Shown one piece after another: positions 54,201 to 64,000 of a stretch of 64,000 bases of DNA; within the stretch, counting starts at the first letter, position 1, and the number at the start of each line of letters is the position of its first letter. Position numbers and translations under genes: made by a program. This stretch comes from Pocillopora damicornis (taxonomy: Eukaryota). Under the pieces are notes generated by a model. That model saw only the letters and a list, made by a program, of their open reading frames with translations. It was not told where the DNA came from and did not search any database. The stretch lies in contig NW_020844494.1 in NCBI RefSeq assembly GCF_003704095.1, positions 186,001 to 250,000 on the forward strand, written 5' to 3'.

Positions 54201-56223
54201 ATTTTTGTGTTGAACTTTCAAGGAAAATGTAGCTAACCAACAGTTTGACTTACTCAACAGATTATGGACCTTCCAAAATACACTTCACATGTGGTAATGA
54301 GATTTCTTAAGGTAAGAATGAATTTAAACACTTCTCATTGACACAAATGCATAATATAACTGGGACTCATACTGCCCTCTTGAAGATGATATTGGTCCAT
54401 GCAAATGTGTGATGCATTGGTTTAAAACCTGTTTAGTTTTTTCACAGTGAACTATGTAATACAGTGTAGTGTGACATATTTTTATGCAAAGAGGTGAACT
54501 TGAGAGAATGGGAAACGAACAAACAAGAAAGGCCTTTTATCACTTCTTCCAAAAAGGCAAACTTTATTTATTGGTTATCTAAGAAAATAGGTGAAAGTTT
54601 TAAATGAGCAAATTTTCTTTTCAGCACTGTGGTATGCACCATATTTGTTATTACAAAACAATGATTGAATAAATCTCTGAAACAAAAAAACAATGGATGA
54701 TTTAAAGAATCATTTGTGTATGTTTGATTATGCGCAGCCTTTCAACAATATCATCACCTGTTCAGTTTACTTTTATAGAAGACATTGTACTTTTTATTTA
54801 AAATAGATGTATTTTATGTTATTTCCTTATATCACAGCCTCTGAGTGCTTCATATCATGAACTTGCATCAAGTTACTCTTCAAACACTCCTAATGAGGTT
54901 CGAACAGTAGCTACAAAGAATGAGGAAACATTCAGAACAGTAAGTAAAATGTGGAATGAGTAGTTAAGTGTTATCTGTCAGCCAATAAATTATTTCTGCT
55001 GTACAGAACACTTTTGGTATCCATAATCCCTTTACATAATTTTCTCTAATGTTTGTTCTTAACTTTTTAGGAAGGAAGTTCTGTACTTCCAAATGTAAAT
55101 GCAAATTTGGGCTTTTGAAGGTAGTTAGAAATTAGATGAGCCAAGAAACAAAATTGAAAAAAGGTAAAAAATAAAATGAATTGGCTACATATGGAGGGTT
55201 TTCCCTAATTTTTTTAAATAGTCCAACCTTATATTGGAGATCATATATGAATTGATTGTATTGTCCAGATGGTTCTGATTCATATGAGAATTTCTTTGGT
55301 TGATTTTTTTGGTGGAGTGAAGCAGATCTCAACAGACTCTTTGTTCTTTGTTATTGAACTGTGTTTAAGAATAGTCTGTAGTATTCTACTTAGCCAGTTG
55401 TGAATAACGGTAGATACCCCTTTTGACAAAAGTTAATTTATTATGTACTCTAGGACAACAACGTTGGTCTGGTGAAGCAAGTGGTTAGCTCTCTATATAA
55501 GAAGAATATTCTCAGGCTTACAAAGGTATTTTAACTGACAAGTTAAACTTCAAAAAGGAATACATAGTTACAAAACTGAGAAATGGGAACAGGTTTAGGT
55601 GGAGACTTGCATTCATTGCATTCCAAAGCAGGTGTGTTGGACATTAGAAAGTTCTTTGACTGGGTTCAGTTTTAAAATAGAAAAGTTAAGAGCGTGGGAT
55701 TCAAAAGTGAATTTGACAATGTTCATTAGGTTCCAGTACTTAGTGGCAATTGACAAGAAAGCATTTTGGGTCCATCATTTNNNNNNNNNNNNNNNNNNNN
55801 NNNNNNNNNNNNNNNNNNNNNNNNNNNNNNNNNNNNNNNNNNNNNNNNNNNNNNNNNNNNNNNNNNNNNNNNNNNNNNNNCCAACGTTGTCTCGGTGTTG
55901 TATCTGATTGGTTGAGGGGATGACATTAACTTTTGTTTCCATTGGCCCTTTGATAAACTCCCACCATCCTCTTAACCAATCAGCTGCAAAAACAACGACT
56001 TGTTCTCCAGCATTTTTCCGCGTTGCAGGCAGTGTTCTAGTTTTTCCCTTGAGTTCTCAGTGGCTCCATGTCATATTTACCTTTGTTTTGTTTGGCCTTT
56101 GTTCGTACTCTGGTTTGGTTCTACCAGAATTTTTCTTTTCTTTTTTCTATTTAGACCATGGGAACACATTGTGATGAGGATGTAATGATGAGTAGAATGA
56201 GAGGAGATGAAGGACTGATGTGA
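51251..56223 (+). CDS. COPS3: COP9 signalosome subunit 3; several exons hidden in the gap at 55781-55880
   Basis: [94 protein letters not shown]. The probable last exon is 56155-56223 (TMGTHCDED...). Confidence 0.93.
52628..52780. mobile_element. 137-bp palindromic MITE with 8-bp target-site duplication (hAT-like)
   Basis: GATGAACC at 52628-52635 and 52773-52780 flanks long imperfect TIRs (GATCAATATCAATATCTGGGCAAC... / ...GTTGCTTAGATACTGATATTGATC). Confidence 0.8.
53746..53957. mobile_element. piggyBac-like MITE copy
   Basis: Similar to 49001-49212; ends AAAGGGTTAA. Confidence 0.7.
55781..55880. other. Assembly gap inside COPS3
   Basis: Run of Ns. Confidence 0.95.
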
Positions 56224-57426
56224 GAGCCATGTCTCGTTCAACAATTTTACTTCTGAGCATGTTTGCAAATCGATATCTTCAATGACCGTCTGTCTATGAA
56301 CTTTGTACCTTTGAGAAAGCAGAAATTATGGAGTTGTTAATCTTCTTAACTCTGTACAGTAGGAATTACTGAACGCGTGACTTAAAAGTTAACCCTCTCG
56401 CCTTCTTTTATGGGAATAGTTAAAAATAAAGTTTAGTAAAAATCTGGACTTTGTTAGCGTAATGATGTTCGCGTTTCGTTTTGTTTTGTTTTGGTTCATT
56501 ATTGTTTCTTTCTTCTCGATGACACGGGACTGGGTGGCTCCATTCTTTTTTTCCCTTTTTTATATATCTGGTTGCTTTTCGGGGAGTTGTGGAAGTAACA
56601 CATTTTAAAATTTTAGGGTACGCGCGCCAAAAAACTATCGAGTCCTAAAGAAATGGAGAAGGGGGTTTTTCTGGCTTGGTACTTTACTGTAATGACTTCA
56701 TAAAAAGAGAACTTTAAACGTTTACCAGATTAATGCCATCTCAGCCTTAGAGAAAGCATGTTTCCGGGAGGCATCAGGAATTGCACCGTCTTGTTTGTTG
56801 GATTATAATTTAGCTGAGAACGTCTTCAAGGGTGCAAGTATTTTAAGACTCATAAAATTTGTTCTTATCGTGTATCCTGATTTAGTTTTGGCATGTCTTT
56901 TTCCCACTTTCTCTCTTTGGTCAAGTAAAGCAATGATTCTCGCAGGAGAGCAGCAATTTCAGCAATTGCAGAAATGAACCCTAGTAAAAAAATTCAGGGC
57001 TCCTCTCAGAGCGCCCTAATTCCCTAATCAACTGAGCTACGAAGCCTAATGTTGGGAGCGAGGCAAATCCTTGATGAGGCTAAATGCGGTAAATTTGGGG
57101 TACTTTTGTTTTGCTCGTTTTCAAGAGTGATATTCATTGTACTTGCATTGAAAATTTCATCCAAATGGAACCGAATGGTCTTCTTTTCTTAACATTTTAG
57201 TCGACAGTGTCTCGAGAGATGAGAAATATAGCAACTGAACTTCGCACACATCAAATAATCCAATTTTAAAAAGTGAAATTTTAACTTCAGTTCACAGTCT
57301 TTTGCATTTAAATTGAAGTTTCTTTCTTTCCCGACCGACCAAGTACCGACATTAAAGTTTTTAAATCTATCCTGGAGTGGCTATCCATAAATCTTGCTTA
57401 ATTTTCCAGTCTGTTAGTTTATGAAC

Positions 57427-57440
57427 ATTACTATGGCAAC
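57427..57440. promoter_or_regulatory. Candidate RFX X-box upstream of MOK
   Basis: ATTACTATGGCAAC resembles GTTNCCATGGCAAC and lies ~190 bp upstream of the ATG. Confidence 0.35.
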
Positions 57441-57622
57441 GACGTTATACGCAAACTCCGCTAACTCGTTCGAAAGCAAACAATTGTTGGGTTGCCTTTG
57501 GTGTCCATGAACTTATGTTATAACTTTTATTCCGCTCGCGCTGATCTTTAAGAGGTTTCAGATGAAATATATATATCATATCCGTGAACAATGACTATAT
57601 AAATTCATTCACGCCGTAGGAA

Positions 57623-60600
57623 ATGCAAAGTGAGTGAAAGATTGATGTTGCTTCACATGTAAAATGTTCGATGACACTTCATCGCCAACTGCGTTCTAAG
57701 CGCGCGCTGTTACTCATTTTCTGATCTTATTTCGCTCCACAGAATACCGTATCCTCGGCAAGAAAGGGGAAGGAACCTTCTCAGAGGTTCTGAAAGTTCA
57801 GGATATTCGAGATGGTACTTACTATGCTTGCAAGAAGATGAAACAGCGCTATGAAAGGTAGATTTGATTTCTAGTCACGGCATGACTTAGTGAGCTGCGG
57901 CTTCCCGCACGGCCTAAGCATTGTTCTCCTCTTAAGTAAGGAAAAGAAGAGCTTTTGTTGTTTTTGTTGTAAGTTTTTACTTCAAGATGTAATGAAATTG
58001 TAGGAAAAGATTATGTAAGGTACTTACATTCGTTTTATCTTATATATTTTCTTCTTCAGCATTGATCAAGTGAACAATTTGAGAGAGATTCAAGCTATGA
58101 GACGCTTGAGTCCCCATGGAAATGTGGTTGAATTGAAGGAGATTATCTTGTAAGAACATATTTGTAGCCCTAAACTTATTTAACGAACTTGATTTTCTGG
58201 GGACAGTAGTTGAATTATGCAAATCTTCGAAGCACTAGCATGTGAAACTTAAATTTGTCGTTGAACGCGGTCACAAAGATCTTTCATCACCCCTGAGCTC
58301 TGGATTGAACATTTTAAAGCCTTTTGACCACGAATCGATGTTATTCAACAGAGTCAAATTACTTTCCGTGATATATTTTGTTTAAAATATATTCGGGATC
58401 GCATGTATATTCATTTCAATTCTACGAACAGTGATGTGGAATGGTCTAATAAGCTGTTTTTGATCTGTTAGTGCTACGGAAAGTACATGTTTTTAATAGA
58501 AGAGCAGTTAATTTACACTTCCTCGAAATGAAAGGAACAACAAAATTCTTTGAATGAGATCATTAAATTCACACGTATGATCGTGAGGTAATTCCACTCG
58601 CCGCTCATGTCAAAATTTTGCATGCTCGTTGTCAAATGTAATGGATGTTAATTGATTTGGCGTTGGGAATACTTCGTTTATAATTGGTTAGTTAATCTCC
58701 TGCAAACAATGTCGAGATGAAAACTGTCAACAACAGATTCTGTGGCGTGGGGTTTAATTGCTTTTTAGTGTTTATGGACCTTAATACCTGTCTATGTTGT
58801 TGTTGTTGTTTTTTCTTATGAAAAAAAGAACTTTCAATTTCATTTTGTATCCTCTGCTTTTGAGCGTGTTAAGAAATGATCACCAGTTTGTTAAAACTAT
58901 GTGATTTGAATACTTTAGTGACAAGAAGAATGGAACTTTAGCCTTGATCTGTGAGCTAATGGATATGAACCTGTATGAAATGATAAGAGGTAAGAGCTTT
59001 TATGAGAGCATTTGTTAATTAAATTTTTAAATTTTTTTACATTTGTTTTTAAGATTTGATGGGAGAAATTTTGAGCTTTACAAATATGAAATAGTTTACA
59101 ATATAGATTTTTCAAATTCTTACATACTTAACATTATCATTAAGGAAAAGAAAAATTTAAATAAGTACAATTATAAAATAAAATAGGCATAGACAACTAA
59201 CTAACATAACTCCTTAAAAAACACCATATATATATATATAGTCTTGAAAACTATTTTTTTTAGGACGGCGACACTACTTGCCAGAAGCAAAGGTTAAAAA
59301 CTATATGTACCAGCTTTGTAAGGCCATTGATCACATGCACAGGTAAGATTCAAGGACTGGTGAGATTATATTTGGAAAATAAACATGCATGTACATCTAA
59401 CTCCTAATAATACCAAAAAAAAAATTTTTTTTCACTGCATGTTTACTTTCCATTTTTCAAGTAATAGTGGATCAAGTTGGCATTTGATGCAAGATTTACC
59501 AAGTTTTTGTATTTTTACCCTTAAACTCCAGAGATCTGATTGTTGATTCTCTCCTTTCTAGCTGCTATATATTTCTTTGTAAATTAGTTACAAGAGTTTG
59601 TTGTTAGATCAAGACAACAATGCTTATCTGATAAATTTGATTATTCTTGTGACCTGTTTACTTGTAAATCACATCTGGCAATTGAAGGGTGAGACACAGA
59701 CAGTGATGAGTTATATGTTAATCTTTTATAACTGATCTCATTCTTTTAATACAGAAATGGAATATTTCATAGAGATGTTAAGCCAGAAAATATTTTGGTT
59801 AAGGTAACTAAAGGGTCTTTTTTTATGTTTTAGTTGTACATGACCTTATTAGCATGATTCAAGGGTATTTTATCTAAGTATGTTCAACAGTTTTGAATTA
59901 CTGGTCGCTCTAACTTGGAGGAAAAATAAAAGAAGGAATCACTGATATTTTAATTATCTTTTGATGTCATCTTGTTCACTTAACTTATTGTTTCCTGTGG
60001 TATGGTTTGCCTGATAGAGCATCTCTAAACAATTTGTCAAGGTTATTTCATTTCACCAAAAAGTTCCATCAATGAAAGTAAGCTTTTGTTGACAATGAGA
60101 AGTATTTCAAATTCATGGTTTTCTATAAACTATCATATTTCAGGATGATGTTGTAAAATTAGCTGACTTTGGATCATGTCGAAGTGTTTACTCAAAACAG
60201 CCTTACACAGAATACATATCAACTAGATGGTGAGTTGGGTACAAACACAATATTTGCTCGACTGCATTTTCTGTGATGACTTAAAAACAAGTTACTGTAC
60301 ATCTACTATTAGCCGAAGAAAAACTCTGAAGAAGAAGAAATGTTTGAATAAAAGCTCTTTCCAATGAGAGTGATATTTTTGATCAAGGTTTAAATTTGTT
60401 TGGTCCATAATTAAAAGTTAAGGCTTTGCTTCGCATAAAAATTTGCAGAGAAATGTTTAAGAGATACTGTGGCATATGAGACAGCCCCTTTACTCTCAAA
60501 GTGCTGTCCTCCAATATAAATGGGTACCAGCAAACTATTATGGTATTCAATTGAGGTGACAGACGTGGTTGCCTGGGTTAGACTGCGTGTCAATTCCAGT

Positions 60601-63600
60601 AGAAGAAACAAGAGTCCGTCGTGTTGTAAAAAGCGCTGTAAAATACTAGGAAAAGCATTATCAGTGGTGTGGGCTCCCTTTCCCATGTGCAGAATGAACT
60701 TTTGTGAGAAAATCTAAGAGTTCATGGCAGATGTTGACTTAAATGAAGCATTGACAGTCCTTTTCAAATGCTTCTTCCACCTTATTTATAAATTATTTGT
60801 TTGTTTTCAGGTATCGTGCCCCTGAATGTTTATTGACAGATGGTTACTATACCCATAAGATGGACATGTGGAGTGTTGGTTGTGTGTTCTTTGAAGTTCT
60901 AAGGTGACTTGAGCTTAAACAAATATTTTTATCGACTATTGATTAAATTTCTTGTGTTTTTTGTTTTATAGAGGAAGGAACTTATAGGTAGACATAATTG
61001 TCAGAATTATAGTGATGTCTTGAGGATATGTGTACTGCTTTTAGATATCCAGTATGCAAAAGTGATTTTAAACTTATTTGATATGATTTCTTCTTTGCTA
61101 TTAAAATAAAAGTGTACTGTGAAATCATTTTAACCAAAATTTATTATAATCTTAAATAGTCACTAGTCTAAGAGTTTCCTAATATTTTTAATTAACATAA
61201 AACACATTTTGAGAATTTTTAAGTTTGATTTGGCTTATATATGTTCAAAGGAAACATTTTTATTACTTTTATGAACTTTTCCAAAGCTTATCTTCCCAGT
61301 TAATGAATAGTATGATCTCACATAAATGAAGGAATTATTATGAAATAGTACATTTAATATTCATTATTTTGTATTCACAGCTTACATCCTCTGTTTCCTG
61401 GTTCTAATGAAGTTGATCAGATTGCCAGAATTCATTCTGTCCTTGGAACACCATCACCTAACATACTAAAAAAGTTACAAAAGTGAGTTGAACTTATCAA
61501 GTGATAATGAGTTTTAACTCTATATACTTTAATGTCAGTATGTATATTCTCCATACTGTTCTATATACATATCTTAAGGTGCTGACAGGGAGAATTTTTT
61601 TTAACAATCAAGAGCTTCTGTAGTTGGTGATCATTCCTTTATTGTTGTGATCTTAATTAATGTGTCATTTTGGGGCGATATTGTAAGGAGAAATTAAATG
61701 CTAGTCACTCTTTAGGGTTAAAGGGTTACCATAACTGGAATTTTCTTCATCAGCTCACAGCAATTTACAAATAAGCCAAATAATTTTTCTCCTTTTGCCT
61801 TTCAGTAAATCACGCAGCATGAATTTCAACTTTCCACCCAAAACAGGAAGTGGCATCAGTACGTTGCTTCCACATGATCACGTGTCTCAGGATTGCATTG
61901 AGCTCATTGAACTCATGTGTGCTTATGATCCTGATGATAGGTAATTTGAATCAACCCTTTGCACCCAAACATCAGCATGCATATTATCCATCCTGTTCTC
62001 TAAACATTTCTTAAGGTGATTATAAGGAGGATCTGTTTAACAATCAAGAGATTCTTTTGTTGGTGATCATTTCCTTTATTCTCCTGGCCTTGAAGTTTGA
62101 TCTAGGGCAATATTGCAAGGAAAAATTAGATGCTAGTCACTTGCAGGGTTTTAATGTTACTACATGGCTTAATAATTTTAGGGGAGATTTATTTTGTAGA
62201 TTGGTGAGATTTTTTCCTTTGAAGGAAAATTGTTTTGCCGTTGGGATGACTGATTATCAGTAACTTTTGCTTGGAAAAGATGTTGTGGGAATTTCTGTTT
62301 GAGCAGTGGAGAATTAAGGAGAAAGGGAATGTGCAGATTATTTTCCAAGTTCTCCATCGTGTCCTATAGTGTTTCCAGCTTCTGTTTGATACTTATTACT
62401 ATTATAAATGTTCTTTTGCAATTTTTTTCATAGAATATCAGCCAAACAAGCTCTGAGGCATCCTTACTTCAAACAACTCAGGTATAGTTGCAACCTAAAT
62501 AAAGTCAATTACAAAGAAAATAAATTAAAACTTATGAAAATTAAAAGACACACATCATTAGGAAATGAATTTGTCTACTAAGCATTTTCTCGTATGTAGA
62601 TAGCCTTGATAAAAAACAAATATGAATTATGTTTTCTCTTTAAAGTATTTTGAAGAGGTTACTCATTTTGGGCTTCCAAAATATAACAGCAGGAATTTCA
62701 GTTTGATGGTTATGAAAGAAAATGTGATGTCTATAGAATAAAAATTTAATGTCCTATGTAGACCAATTAGTTTCCAATTGATTCAACTCAACAGGGAGTT
62801 AGACAAAAGGCAAGTTGCCGCCAACACAAGGTATTCATCGCCATCTGAGGCTTCAGTTATAACCAAACCACATCGAATGGTGAAAAAGAAGGTGAACTCC
62901 TTGTACAGTGTATATCTGAATTGTGTTTACAGAAAGGCTTTCATTTTAAGGTTGAGCTTTGCTTTTTCCTCTGTAAGGTTTTTCTAACACATAGTTTTTT
63001 GTTATTACCATCAGAGAAAGCATGTGAGAGGTCATGCACGTTCACCAACTGAGGTAAAGTTTCACAATTTCTGCTAGAGGCTTTGAAAAAGTATATTTAT
63101 TGACTACTGATATCATGCATACAGAGAGCATAGTGTGCAAAATGTCAGTAGGTAGCATTTCGACTGTCAAAGATGAAAAGCTTGATGCTGAGATTTACTT
63201 CAGGGGTAACATCTCCATGTGTAACTGAACAGCAAACATCCTCCTTTATCCGGAAGATCAAAAAGTTTCCAATCATTATATGTGTTCTTAAAACAAGAAA
63301 GGCTTAAAAAAATTGAGCATCCTAGTGAAAAGCATGGGACTAAGAGAAAACTATGAATTTTACCATGTTGTGATAGTAAAATCAGTTCCATGCCTTCTTT
63401 AATGTAATATTTTTTCTTTGTTACAGTCTATTCTTCCAAAAGACGATGGTTTTGGCCTAACAGGAGGAATAGTTACCCATCAACAGCCGTCATTACCATC
63501 TTTAGGTGTAGGCTTCAAGACCAATACATATGGCACAACTTTACCCAAGATACCAGTTGCAACTACCACACATACAACAACTTTCCCAACATCATTTCCT

Positions 63601-64000
63601 TCAATTATCCATCAAGAAAAAAATAAAGTCAAGGTGATTATTTTTATTAATGGTCGCTAATCACAATCATTGACAAAATTGAAGAAACTGGTAAATACAC
63701 TTGTGATAATTCTCTGAGATGGACAGCAGAGAATTTAGAAAAACTTTACTCTCAATTTAAGCTGTCGTATTTGTTTGGCTGTGTGGTCATTAGAGACAAA
63801 CAAGGAAGAGAGCGATTTAGGATGCATGTTATGACTAAGATTAATGGATGGTTACAAGTATATTATTTTACCAACATTTTTGAACACTGTGATGGAGCAT
63901 ACAATACTACAGACCAGGATAAACCACTGGCGAGTTGTTAATTTTATCATGATAAATGTTGTTCAGTATGTATTGTGGTTTTTTTTTTTCCAGAATCAAA
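57623..64000 (+). CDS. MOK: MAPK/MAK/MRK overlapping kinase (3' end beyond the window)
   Basis: 7-nt first coding exon, then [17 protein letters not shown]...[13 protein letters not shown]...[10 protein letters not shown]...[33 protein letters not shown] (TEY loop). Confidence 0.95.

Noticed and set aside
56930-57070. Functional tRNA gene
   Set aside because: Only a degenerate tRNA-like fragment within a dispersed repeat; no complete cloverleaf.

Overview
This is an AT-rich, intron-rich animal genomic window with three N gaps. The gene set and repeat families suggest a cnidarian, probably a stony coral (inference). Manual splicing of GT-AG exons recovers these genes, left to right: a 239-aa coiled-coil/EF-hand protein ending in a CaaX box (-), HEATR5 (+), COX20 (-) head-to-head with DESI2 (+), CCDC97 (-), a small single-exon membrane-protein ORF (-), a multi-exon disordered protein whose C-terminus resembles the CatSper-zeta domain (+), intronless PRMT2 (-), a paralog of the small ORF (+), a TPR relic, an EPN-type C-type lectin exon (-), a CHAT-domain relic, a MAJIN ortholog with a U12-type intron (-) head-to-head with COPS3 (+), and MOK kinase (+, runs off the end). 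Introns contain TTAA-flanked MITEs, Penelope/hammerhead-like relics, SINE relics and tandem arrays. The best leads are the CATSPERZ-like gene, the pair of unknown small paralogous proteins, MAJIN with its minor-spliceosome intron, and the prenylated EF-hand protein. All homology calls rest on recalled family sequences and motifs; no searches were run.
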